Virus record (IMG/VR): IMGVR_UViG_3300050142_000050 | Location: 1-64,000 of that record | Length of the DNA: 64,000 bases | DNA from: a virus | Taxonomy: Duplodnaviria; Caudoviricetes | Strand: one strand, 5' to 3' | Part shown: positions 1 through 8,705 of the stretch, in pieces | Layout of the letters: the number at the start of each line of letters is the position of its first letter | Numbering within the stretch: the first letter of the stretch is position 1 | Program-made: the position numbers and the translations under genes | Notes under the pieces: generated by a model | What the model saw: only the letters and a program-made list of their open reading frames with translations | The model's database searches: none | What the model was told of the DNA's origin: nothing

Positions 1-100
1 ATAATGGTGATCTCGAAGATCTCCATACCGAGGTGCTCGGTTTCTTGGCATATATCGAATCTCAACGCATCGCTAACGACGGATAAAAAGATAGGTATAG

Positions 101-126
101 GGGTGAGGGGCAATTGCCCCTCACCC
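101..126. terminator. Perfect 26-bp GC-rich palindrome just downstream of sbcC
   Basis: gggtgaggggcaattgcccctcaccc is its own reverse complement and lies 15 nt past the sbcC stop. Confidence 0.6.
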
Positions 127-140
127 TACTATCCTTATTT

Positions 141-2705
141 TTACTTGATATCGACATTGAGGTTGTACTTTTCAGGTAAGACCATGTTGCCTTCCTTCAG
201 CACGATTGTCTCACTGTCGGCAAAACCCTCATGGATACTCGCATGATGGTTCACCAAGAAGAGTTGTGATACAATCCCATCATCCAAGAGCTTCCTCAAG
301 AGGAGGACTAGGTTCTGCTTATGCTTGGTGTCGAAGGTTCTACCTGCTTCATCGAGACACAGAGGGATACCAGTCTTACCCAGTACCATACGCAGTCCGA
401 TATTGAGAGCTAGGTTGATGATCTCGGTCTGACCATCAGAGCACTTCGAGATATCTCTCACGGTATCGTAATCGCCTTTGACGAGGATCTCGTAGGAGAT
501 ATCCTTACTAGGGTCGATATGTTCGAGTTCTAGAGGTACTGTCCAAATATAACCGATGACGATGTTGGCAGCATCGATCACTTTGTTCATGAAGTCAGCT
601 GTCGATCGTCTTGGGATAGACACGAGGACCTTCTCGATCCTTTCTTGTTCTGCCTTCTCCTTCTCGACAGTAGCGAGTTCCTTCACGATCTCTTCATCAT
701 AACGGGCTCTGATGGATGTCTGGTCTCTCAAGACTCGTTCGATCTCACCCAGTCTGATTAGGAGTTTGGATCTCTCCTCACCGATAGATGCCTTTAGAGA
801 TGTGAGCTGATCGAGATCATAGCGATCAGCTACCATTTCTACAGACTGTGTACAACACTTAACCAAGTCGGCGATCTCATCCTTCACGGAATTGTACTGT
901 CGGATGTTCCAGATCTTCACACTGAGTCCACGTATCTCTGCTGAGATACTCTCATTTGAGCTAGAAAGCTCACTGAGCGTGTCTTTGATCTTTTTGATAT
1001 CCATTACTATCTTCACGGAATCGACGTTCTGTGAGCCTATACGGGCATTCCTGAGGGTATAGGCTGAATCTAGATCAGAGATGATTTCCCTAAACTGGTT
1101 CCACTTACGGATGTGGGTGTATAGAGCCATCATCCGATTGGTGATAATGGACGTGTTGTATTGTACAGTGTAGAGGACATCGATCCCTTTGAGGACATGG
1201 TGCAAGACTGGATTGGTCCTGGCCATATCCACGATACGAGAAAGGTTCTCCATGTGGGGTTTCGTGTTATTGAGATAGGTAGCAAGAGCTTGTGATGCCC
1301 ACTCCAGTCTACCTTTCTTGTAATACATCTTCCTGAGCTTGCGACGCAGTTTTTCACGCTGTTCTTCAGCTTCGGAATATTCAGCAAAGAAGTGACTGTA
1401 CAGGGGACATCTGTTCTTAGCACAGTTGTCGACAGGTATGTCACGTGGTGAAATCGAATGCCTGCGTTCCAGAGCTACTAGACGGCTCTCTGTGTCGGCT
1501 ATGATACCGTCAGCAGATGCTAGGCGGTTCTGGTACCTATTGAGACTCGCTTCGCGCTTATAACGCTTCCTACGGGAACACAGACGATGTTCCATGTTTG
1601 TAAAGACACTCAAGAGTGACTTGAGTTGGAAAATATCATTCTCCAGCTCATCGAGATCAGTAGATGATACTTCCACTGGTGGCTTTTCCACCGTGGCTTT
1701 ATCCCGGTGGATCTCGAGATTTTTGATGTTCTCCTCGATCTGTGAAAGATCGCTATCGGGACCTATCTCCTCATAGCGCAGTTCTAGATCTCTGAGTTCA
1801 TCTTGGAGCTTGGTATATTGCTCCATGAATCCACGATGACGCTCTTGGAGGGTGATATTCCTACTCGTGAGCCGATCGAGGATATCGCTGCGGACACTGT
1901 CATCTCTCTCCACATCGGAAAGATCTCTGAGATCCCTGCGCAGCCGCTTTGTCTTCTGTCTATAGGCATCGATAGTCTGAGTCATATTGAGGGGATGATC
2001 TGAGGGCGAGCGGCCATTCAGGTGGACCTCAATCGTCGAGAGATATCCTTGGAAGAGACCGAGGTCTTTCTCGAGCTGCTCTTTCTCCACTCGCATATCC
2101 GTCAGGATCTCATCACTCATCAACTCTTGCTCGAGCGTCATCTTCTTGAGCATGAGACGGGAGATGATCGCTTTACATCCTCGGATGGAAGATTGGATCT
2201 TACGATGCTTCTCAAACACGAAACGTAGATCAGCGGGGTTAGCCCGCATGATGAAGTCCTTGCGTTCAGAGGCTTTGGCTTTAGCCAGATTGATCCGATG
2301 GGCGATTAGACTCTCTGTGATGTCATCGATACCCAGATGCGTTTCGATGAGTACCTGTTGTTCATCTGTTGTACCACCTTCATTCACATTGGGGGTAGAA
2401 CTATCCCCGATGAAGAACTCATGGGGAGAAGATGGTTTCTTGTAATCGGTGGAGAGGGAATAATCAGTGCCATCCACCTCGAAATCGAGGATACGACGAC
2501 CTGACTTATTACCAGTAGTGTCGCCATAGAGACTGCGGGATTGAGGTGCTGGTATGAGCTGGGAAAGGAATGCTGACTTACCGCACCCATTCGTACCGAT
2601 GATGATTGCGATACGGGATGTGAAATGTGCTTCGATGCGGTAGATGTCTGCCTCTTTGAGGAGATTGAAGTCCTCCAGTAGGACCCGTTTGATAATCATT
2701 GTCAT
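141..2705 (-). CDS. sbcC: SbcC/Rad50-like SMC ATPase
   Basis: N-terminal Walker A GTNGCGKS, long coiled coil, central Cys pair (CAKNRC), C-terminal signature CSDGQ and Walker B LCLDE. Confidence 0.88.
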   Translation of the reverse strand: MTMIIKRVLLEDFNLLKEADIYRIEAHFTSRIAIIIGTNGCGKSAFLSQLIPAPQSRSLYGDTTGNKSGRRILDFEVDGTDYSLSTDYKKPSSPHEFFIGDSSTPNVNEGGTTDEQQVLIETHLGIDDITESLIAHRINLAKAKASERKDFIMRANPADLRFVFEKHRKIQSSIRGCKAIISRLMLKKMTLEQELMSDEILTDMRVEKEQLEKDLGLFQGYLSTIEVHLNGRSPSDHPLNMTQTIDAYRQKTKRLRRDLRDLSDVERDDSVRSDILDRLTSRNITLQERHRGFMEQYTKLQDELRDLELRYEEIGPDSDLSQIEENIKNLEIHRDKATVEKPPVEVSSTDLDELENDIFQLKSLLSVFTNMEHRLCSRRKRYKREASLNRYQNRLASADGIIADTESRLVALERRHSISPRDIPVDNCAKNRCPLYSHFFAEYSEAEEQREKLRRKLRKMYYKKGRLEWASQALATYLNNTKPHMENLSRIVDMARTNPVLHHVLKGIDVLYTVQYNTSIITNRMMALYTHIRKWNQFREIISDLDSAYTLRNARIGSQNVDSVKIVMDIKKIKDTLSELSSSNESISAEIRGLSVKIWNIRQYNSVKDEIADLVKCCTQSVEMVADRYDLDQLTSLKASIGEERSKLLIRLGEIERVLRDQTSIRARYDEEIVKELATVEKEKAEQERIEKVLVSIPRRSTADFMNKVIDAANIVIGYIWTVPLELEHIDPSKDISYEILVKGDYDTVRDISKCSDGQTEIINLALNIGLRMVLGKTGIPLCLDEAGRTFDTKHKQNLVLLLRKLLDDGIVSQLFLVNHHASIHEGFADSETIVLKEGNMVLPEKYNLNVDIK

Positions 2706-2790
2706 CTGTCTAGTCCTAGTGCAATCTATATCTCAAATGATGGGGCCTATAGTTGACTTCTTAAATTCCAAACTCATGGAATTTCAACTT

Positions 2791-2805
2791 CATATTACCA
2801 CTATG
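2791..2805 (+). promoter_or_regulatory. Putative early (virion RNAP) promoter CATATTAC-N5-TG
   Basis: Matches the phiKZ early promoter core TATATTAC; the same extended motif recurs at 5073, 37822, 47696 and 57302. Confidence 0.65.
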
Positions 2806-2810
2806 CAAAC

Positions 2811-2891
2811 AAGCAAAGTAGTTAGCTCAATCGGTGAGAGCAACATGGAGACATGTAGGTTGGTGGTTCGAGTCCATCACTAGGGATGCTT
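2811..2891 (+). ncRNA. tRNA-like RNA or pseudo-tRNA with a GAGA tetraloop instead of an anticodon loop
   Basis: T8A9, D-stem GCTC/GAGC, 5-bp stem ACATG/CATGT with 4-nt loop GAGA, variable loop AGGTT, T-arm GGTGG-TTCGAGT-CCATC, only 4 bp of acceptor stem (TAGT/ACTA), no CCA. Confidence 0.65.
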
Positions 2892-2922
2892 GTAAAATTT
2901 CGTTTTGTCAGGGAGGTCCCTT

Positions 2923-3165
2923 ATGTTTTCTTATACCACACTGATCGGTACTGATATAGGTCTTATCGCACTTGGTTGTATTCTTCTGGTGATGATCGCT
3001 CTCCTGGGTTATGTCTTCTATCTCGACCAGGTCGAGGAAGATGCCACGGATGAGGCGATGCTCAAGCTCATCGAAGAGATCTTCGTCACGGGTTTCCAAC
3101 CTGAAGATAAAGAAGCCGATGTAAAGAGGAAGCCCTTGCATCAGCTGGGTGACATCGGTTTCTAA
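2923..3165 (+). CDS. Small membrane protein
   Basis: GGGAGG RBS at 2911-2916, ATG at 2923, one long hydrophobic segment followed by an acidic tail. Confidence 0.65.
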   Translation: MFSYTTLIGTDIGLIALGCILLVMIALLGYVFYLDQVEEDATDEAMLKLIEEIFVTGFQPEDKEADVKRKPLHQLGDIGF

Positions 3166-3230
3166 TTTACATCTTCCAAGGCGAGATCGATGTCCTAGCA
3201 CCATGGAAGGTCAATAAGTGAAGATATCTA

Positions 3231-3254
3231 GGAGGGGTGGAATTCCACCCCTCC
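3231..3254. terminator. Perfect 24-bp palindrome
   Basis: ggaggggtggaattccacccctcc, intergenic. Confidence 0.55.
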
Positions 3255-3291
3255 TTTCAACTCCATTCATTTTTGCTAAGGAGAAGTAGTA

Positions 3292-3915
3292 ATGTCCGAT
3301 ACGAAAAAGAAGTATACCTCTTCCTTACTACCGGCAAACATGTTTCCTCATCATGAGGAATATACCCTCGAGGGAGTCGTGTTGAAATATTCCACCGAGG
3401 AGAAAGGCTGGTACATGGAGTCCGACTCGGAGATCCAGCCTGTGACTGCCGGTCGTCTCATGGTCAAGCACATGAACATTCGTGAGGTGAGGGTCAGCTA
3501 CACTACTGTGGGGCAGTTTATCATCGTCATCCGGCATACCACTCCGATGTTCAGGATCATCAGTACGGTGGAGATGGCGAATCAGTGGACCTCGGGAAAA
3601 CTCGATAAGGGATCGCTCCCGGTGGGTACTATCTATAACTCCGATGGAACGGAGGTCGTACCTATTCCGTCCAACTGCATATCGAGGACTAATGATAAAG
3701 CTACTATCGGTATCGATGCGAATGGGCGTCTCGTCAAGAAAGACTCGAACGGTAGGATGTTCGAGATGATCAAGCAGGGGACACCCGAACCGGGAATCTT
3801 TCTCCGTCCCGTCAAGCATACGTCCATCAGGACGTGGCTCGACCTCTATACCGATGAGGCCATCGATCTGATCCTCAAGTCGCCCATCACCACTTTCGCA
3901 ATCTACGACATTTAA
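3292..3915 (+). CDS. Hypothetical protein, paralog family A
   Basis: AGGAG RBS; shares motifs with the ORFs at 4046 and 5787. Confidence 0.75.
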   Translation: MSDTKKKYTSSLLPANMFPHHEEYTLEGVVLKYSTEEKGWYMESDSEIQPVTAGRLMVKHMNIREVRVSYTTVGQFIIVIRHTTPMFRIISTVEMANQWTSGKLDKGSLPVGTIYNSDGTEVVPIPSNCISRTNDKATIGIDANGRLVKKDSNGRMFEMIKQGTPEPGIFLRPVKHTSIRTWLDLYTDEAIDLILKSPITTFAIYDI

Positions 3916-4045
3916 TCCAAACCATTTACAAAAGGAACATACCCATGTCCGATAAAGATTTCAATCGTCCTCTCAAGCACGGCTTCACTCACTCACCGCG
4001 GTAGGAGACGCTGCGAAGGGGCTCAAGTCTTTTTTCACGAGAGAT

Positions 4046-5023
4046 GTGACCGTAAGTGTATCCCATAGTCTCGTAATACTAGCTGGTAGTCCCGCCCCAA
4101 CTGCTGTGAGAATTTCTCTAAATAAAGGTGCTACTCCGACCCATGTTGCGGAACAATGGTTGGAGATCGGCGGTCTGATGGGCTATCGAAACCTCGAGGT
4201 TTTTGAAATTAAGTTTGATGCTTTCCGTATGTTGAGGATCGACTTCGACAAATCCGAGGCATATGTCGTGGAGGACGGGGAGTCTTTCAAGCTCGATGTA
4301 AAGAAAACAGCTAGGTTAGTGATACCCGCGCAGATTGAAGGTGTCGATTCTGATCACCTCATGCAACATCTCCCCAATGAGCAGGAAGAAGATCACTCGT
4401 CTCATACTCTGGAATCCACCAGGCTCCACCTGTCCTCATTCGAGAAAGAACCTGAATCCGAATGGAATGGTATCTCCCACAAGCGTATCTCTTTCGACGT
4501 CATAGTCAAGGGTGATACTACCGAAGGGTGGATACTGACATCTGTCGCAGATGTCGACCCCATCCATATCGGTCAGTACCTCCTCAGGAATCTGTCTGGT
4601 AAGCATCGGAAGGAACGGGTTCGTCTCGGTAACTACCTTATTGTGGTCCATCTGGCTGACAAGGTCTTCTCGGTGAGAGACCTGATCTCGGAGTGTGACT
4701 CGTGGGTTTATACTGGAAATGGTGATCGCTACTCTGCTTCGGAAAAGCCTTGTATATACCACCAAGACGGATCCCGCATGGCGCTGTTGGACATGTACCT
4801 CACATGTAGGAATCCATCGAGTGGACTTCGTGTCTCAGAGGACGGCCGAGTATTTCTGTGTAATAGTTATAATTATCTTCATATTACCTACGATAGAGGT
4901 ACCATCAGGTTGACACCCGTCGAGGATGTTTTTCTGAAACATTGGCCCAGTGTTGATTTCGCAGAACTCTCAACGATCATGCTTCGTGAGAAATGCGACA
5001 GATTCGTGTGCAACAGCCTGTGA
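4046..5023 (+). CDS. Hypothetical protein, paralog family A (5' end possibly frameshifted, candidate start 3945)
   Basis: C-terminal half aligns by eye with 3292; weak GTG start, while a strong RBS-ATG at 3945 is in another frame. Confidence 0.7.
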   Translation: MTVSVSHSLVILAGSPAPTAVRISLNKGATPTHVAEQWLEIGGLMGYRNLEVFEIKFDAFRMLRIDFDKSEAYVVEDGESFKLDVKKTARLVIPAQIEGVDSDHLMQHLPNEQEEDHSSHTLESTRLHLSSFEKEPESEWNGISHKRISFDVIVKGDTTEGWILTSVADVDPIHIGQYLLRNLSGKHRKERVRLGNYLIVVHLADKVFSVRDLISECDSWVYTGNGDRYSASEKPCIYHQDGSRMALLDMYLTCRNPSSGLRVSEDGRVFLCNSYNYLHITYDRGTIRLTPVEDVFLKHWPSVDFAELSTIMLREKCDRFVCNSL

Positions 5024-5072
5024 TCTGAAGGAGGATCTTACGACCTCCTGAAAATCATTTTATTCTTATCCG

Positions 5073-5087
5073 CATATTACTCTATTG
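5073..5087 (+). promoter_or_regulatory. Putative early promoter CATATTAC-N5-TG
   Basis: catattac tctat tg, upstream of the strongly codon-biased gene at 5150. Confidence 0.65.
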
Positions 5088-5149
5088 AAGACCACGAGAA
5101 TGTTTGTAAATCTCGATCTTCTTTTTCGCGAAAAATAAGTGAGGTAACC

Positions 5150-5698
5150 ATGTCCAAAGAAAACGAAACCGTGAAGCCCTTCGATGAAGATGGCAAGATT
5201 CAGCTGCTGGCTGATCTGCTGCGTCAGGAATCGGTCGTCGACAAGTCCGGTGTTGTCAATGTCTCCTCGAAGAGCCTGGGCGTCGTGTTCGACAAGCGCG
5301 CTGAAGATGTCGGCGCTGACGTCACCTATGATGCCTTCAAGAAGGGCACTGACATTCTGTCGGACGTCTTGACCAGTGCGGCCGTCGTCGCTCATCGCAT
5401 CAACGATGAAAAGTTTGCTGCTGCTTCGAATGAAGACAAGGCCAGCGAAGATTTCCGCAACAGCCTGACCACCGACGTGCGTCTGAAGACGCCCGGCGGC
5501 TCGACCGAAGTCACGGCCAACTTCCAGACGACGCATCGCGTGCCCGGCAAGGCCGACGACAACGGCAACCCGGTCTACTCGACCAAGTATGGCACCACCG
5601 GTGTGTCGATCAATGCCAAGATGCGCATCGATCCGGCCCTGCACCAGCACAACTCGCGTCGTATCCTTTCGACGATCGAGGAAGTGAGCGCCAGCTGA
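5150..5698 (+). CDS. Hypothetical protein, probably highly expressed
   Basis: GAGG RBS, strong C/G-ending codon bias like chmA and the capsid gene, followed by a GCAA-loop hairpin at 5731-5757. Confidence 0.85.
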   Translation: MSKENETVKPFDEDGKIQLLADLLRQESVVDKSGVVNVSSKSLGVVFDKRAEDVGADVTYDAFKKGTDILSDVLTSAAVVAHRINDEKFAAASNEDKASEDFRNSLTTDVRLKTPGGSTEVTANFQTTHRVPGKADDNGNPVYSTKYGTTGVSINAKMRIDPALHQHNSRRILSTIEEVSAS

Positions 5699-5786
5699 CA
5701 TCAGGCTGAGCCTGATAATTACAAGTGATGGGGGTGGGGGCGCAAGCCTCCGCCCTCACTCATCATTATTTTTGGAGTGTCCTGAT

Positions 5787-6275
5787 ATGGCCAGCTATTA
5801 TTCGAGTTCGTATTTCTCACTCCCTTACAAAGACGAAGAGACTGCACAGAAAATGATGCAGATCTCTTTCATCGACCAGCATGGTGATGAAATTGAGGGT
5901 GTGGTATTCGAAGTCCTCAAAGAAACCAAACGTCTTTACGTCGGTATCGACGAACAAGCGGATACCATCGGTATCGGGCGGTGGATGCTGAAAGCAGGTC
6001 GGCTCAACGGTGCGACCGGTAATAACGCTGCCAACGTAGTGTACTCATGTTCCAAGAAGTGCGAGGATGGTTTCGGTGGGGCAGTGGTGGTGGTCTACCA
6101 CATCGGCCAGAGTATACTCGTGATTGATACTGCCGATATCGCATCCAGGATCGAGGCGCAGCAGGCTATCGGACGTGATATCCCGATTTCCACATTGTAC
6201 GGACCTGATGATGAGTCGATGGCTAGTCATCTTCACTACCTGAGGACCATCACTACACCTGTAATGGAGGGGTAA
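5787..6275 (+). CDS. Hypothetical protein, paralog family A
   Basis: GGAG RBS before ATG 5787; motifs IGRWMLK, GAVVVVYH and IPISTLYGPDD resemble 3292 and 4046. Confidence 0.7.
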   Translation: MASYYSSSYFSLPYKDEETAQKMMQISFIDQHGDEIEGVVFEVLKETKRLYVGIDEQADTIGIGRWMLKAGRLNGATGNNAANVVYSCSKKCEDGFGGAVVVVYHIGQSILVIDTADIASRIEAQQAIGRDIPISTLYGPDDESMASHLHYLRTITTPVMEG

Positions 6276-6277
6276 TC

Positions 6278-6472
6278 ATGTCTATCATTACAGACGGAAG
6301 GCTCGAGAAGTTCAAAACGAATGTCGAACAGAAGAAGGTGACCGTCAACTCCATCCTGAAGCTATGTGATGCAGGATATTACGAAGAGCCCGAAGAACGG
6401 CACCGCATCGATATTCCGTATACTGCGAGCTCGATCACTATCAAAACTCGTCGCAGTGTTACGGAATATTAG
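6278..6472 (+). CDS. Small hypothetical protein
   Basis: GGAGG RBS, tightly coupled to the upstream ORF. Confidence 0.6.
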   Translation: MSIITDGRLEKFKTNVEQKKVTVNSILKLCDAGYYEEPEERHRIDIPYTASSITIKTRRSVTEY

Positions 6473-6514
6473 TCTACGGTTCGAGAGTTCTCTTGTTCTG
6501 GCGAATCAGCCATT

Positions 6515-7156
6515 GTGATACATGCCGCCTCATGTGGTGACCAATCCAACTTCGGGACGGAAGGTCACTCTCTGGCGACAGCGCTCACCTATGGGTCTAA
6601 GGATGTGGTGTGGTTCCATCTCGATGACCATGGGATACCTCATCGTCCTATCACATCCGAGCGCTATGAGGTTTCACCTCCTACGGAAGAAGTGGTGATC
6701 AGTGGACTTGCTCCATTCAGCTTAGCCCTGATATCAGGGCATCTCATCGGCTTCAGGATCGCGACTAGTGATGATGCGTCCAGATTGGTGACGATCGAAC
6801 ATCGAGCACAAAAAGATACCATTCGTTTTCATACAGGTGAGTATCTACAAGTATGGGGTAAAGACGTTCTTGGGGAAGATACCAAGCTCTTCGAATGTAC
6901 TCCTTACGACAGGGCTTATGTCGATGAGACCATTGACATTCACACTAGGCTCTATATGGATCCTTGTGAGTACTCGGGGCACGTGAAGCTCTCGGAATAT
7001 GCACTCGAGTCTATTCGACAGCTCAAGTCCGTGATACGGGAATCTGCGACCTTCATCAGCAGCCTTGTCTTGGATAAATGGATCGATGAGGAATCTGTAT
7101 CGGATATCAGGAAACTGCTATCTGACGTACTCGTGGAACGTCACGACAAGTCGTGA
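6515..7156 (+). CDS. Hypothetical protein
   Basis: 213-aa ORF in the + strand accessory run; start uncertain. Confidence 0.65.
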   Translation: MIHAASCGDQSNFGTEGHSLATALTYGSKDVVWFHLDDHGIPHRPITSERYEVSPPTEEVVISGLAPFSLALISGHLIGFRIATSDDASRLVTIEHRAQKDTIRFHTGEYLQVWGKDVLGEDTKLFECTPYDRAYVDETIDIHTRLYMDPCEYSGHVKLSEYALESIRQLKSVIRESATFISSLVLDKWIDEESVSDIRKLLSDVLVERHDKS

Positions 7157-7323
7157 AAAAGATCATAGCCAAGATAGTGATACTGGTGTACGCTACAGTA
7201 TTCGCACTCGTCCCATTCGGTGCTAAGCCGGATGGAATCATTCTGATCACCTGTAGTATCGGAAATGTGATATTCTGTTATTATGGTGCCTATCTGATGA
7301 TACGCTGTATAGGAAAGATTTGA
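7153..7323 (+). CDS. Small two-TM membrane protein (56 aa, not in the ORF track)
   Basis: GTGA start/stop overlap with the upstream gene; translation MKKIIAKIVILVYATVFALVPFGAKPDGIILITCSIGNVIFCYYGAYLMIRCIGKI. Confidence 0.55.
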   Translation: MKKIIAKIVILVYATVFALVPFGAKPDGIILITCSIGNVIFCYYGAYLMIRCIGKI

Positions 7324-7403
7324 ACCATGACTACCTCTCCTGACAAGGAATCAATTGATCTGACGAGTAACCTGACCGCAGTAGCGAATCAATAACAAAT
7401 AGT

Positions 7404-7450
7404 AGGAGGAGGGGCGTCTGCCCCTCCTCCTCTCTATCCTTATTTTTTTG
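7404..7450 (+). terminator. Intrinsic terminator between convergent genes
   Basis: 12-bp stem aggaggaggggc/gcccctcctcct followed by a T-rich run. Confidence 0.7.
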
Positions 7451-8024
7451 GTTTCTTCGCATTCTGGATGACATCTCCTACGAAGTCTCGTCTGATCATA
7501 CCGACACCATGAGCGATGGCATCGATCTCATGTTCGGAGATTTCTGTGGAATCTGTACGAGCCAGGAATGATACTGACATATAGGCCTTACGCATAGCGT
7601 CCTTATCGGCCGCTCCAGAGCCCGTCAGAGCCTTCTTAGAGATAGTCGGCGGTACTTCTACCACATCGAGCTTACACTCGCTCCAGGCGGCTCTGCGGAG
7701 CTGATGGATGGCCAATGTCAAAGAGACGAATGCACTCATGAACTTACATGCGAATGCTCCTTCAGAACAGACTACATTAGGTTTGAGTTCACGGATGAGT
7801 TCTGAGTATTCCTCATAGATAGCCACCAGGGTGCAGAACTGCTTCTGATAGATCTTGAGCATGTCTTTGAGACGCCTCACGATCTTGGTACCATCGATGG
7901 TACCGTGCTTGAGCACTGTGACTTTGAGAGGATGGAGGCTATCCACTCTGAGATAGGCCCACCCTGACACGGTAGTAGCAGGATCGATCGCCAGAACAGT
8001 GAATGGGAGAGGTGGGGCCATCAT
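7440..8024 (-). CDS. ruvC: RuvC-like Holliday junction resolvase
   Basis: LAIDP (catalytic D), CSEG (E), SKKALTGSGAADK and HEIDAIA motifs. Confidence 0.85.
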   Translation of the reverse strand: MMAPPLPFTVLAIDPATTVSGWAYLRVDSLHPLKVTVLKHGTIDGTKIVRRLKDMLKIYQKQFCTLVAIYEEYSELIRELKPNVVCSEGAFACKFMSAFVSLTLAIHQLRRAAWSECKLDVVEVPPTISKKALTGSGAADKDAMRKAYMSVSFLARTDSTEISEHEIDAIAHGVGMIRRDFVGDVIQNAKKPKK

Positions 8025-8033
8025 AAGTCATCT

Positions 8034-8063
8034 ACAGGTGGGAGGGATATCCCTCCCACCTGT
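8034..8063. terminator. Perfect 30-bp palindrome
   Basis: acaggtgggagggatatccctcccacctgt. Confidence 0.55.
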
Positions 8064-8092
8064 CCTTTCGATATGGACTGTGTTTCATAGGA

Positions 8093-8485
8093 TCAAACTT
8101 TGAGACCATTACTCAACGCGGTCAGACAGATGATCCATTCGAACAACATAGTTATCATAGCTACCACATAAGCGGCGACTGTCGCAATCCTTCGTTGATT
8201 ATCCGAACCGACATTACTCTCCACCCTGATGGAGAAATATGCCGCATTGCGATATAGATGGATACCCATGATGGTACCGAGGAAGATGTCGTTAAATACG
8301 AATCCACTGAGAGCCGGTATCGCGATACCGGCGGTCACGAGGATACTCGCATTCGAAGTCAATCCATAAATGAGTTGCCATGGATTACTGGATAGACTAT
8401 CGACCTTGCGCATCAACCAGACGGTACACATCAGAGCGTACCCCCAGTATAGCGGGAGACAGATGAGGATAAGCGTACTCGTCAT
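8093..8485 (-). CDS. Small multi-TM membrane protein
   Basis: 130 aa, 3-4 hydrophobic segments. Confidence 0.65.
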   Translation of the reverse strand: MTSTLILICLPLYWGYALMCTVWLMRKVDSLSSNPWQLIYGLTSNASILVTAGIAIPALSGFVFNDIFLGTIMGIHLYRNAAYFSIRVESNVGSDNQRRIATVAAYVVAMITMLFEWIICLTALSNGLKV

Positions 8486-8703
8486 GAGAACAGTCTCGTC
8501 AGACCGCTATATAGCGCTGAGTAAGGGAATCCCAATGCCCATACCAGCGATACACAGGCCAGGGACCAGAGGGTCGTGGGAATCCACTCACGATCGAGGA
8601 GATGCATGATAGCCAGTACTACTGTTATCAGGACACCACAGAGGATAGCGAGGAGAGAAAAGATTGCCACGATGATCAGTGAGATAAGCATGAAGGTAGC
8701 CAT
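8482..8703 (-). CDS. Small two-TM membrane protein
   Basis: ATG at 8703 (MATFMLISL...) directly after the upstream stop; ATGA overlap with the next gene. Confidence 0.6.
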   Translation of the reverse strand: MATFMLISLIIVAIFSLLAILCGVLITVVLAIMHLLDREWIPTTLWSLACVSLVWALGFPYSALYSGLTRLFS

Positions 8704-8705
8704 GG

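Noticed and set aside
2816-2891. Functional decoding tRNA
   Set aside because: 4-nt anticodon loop, three acceptor-stem mismatches and no CCA; reported as a tRNA-like RNA instead
4880-4887. CATATTAC as a sixth early promoter
   Set aside because: Inside a coding region and lacks the N5-TG extension
7327-7395. 22-aa ORF MTTSPDKESIDLTSNLTAVANQ
   Set aside because: Too short, with no clear RBS, to support
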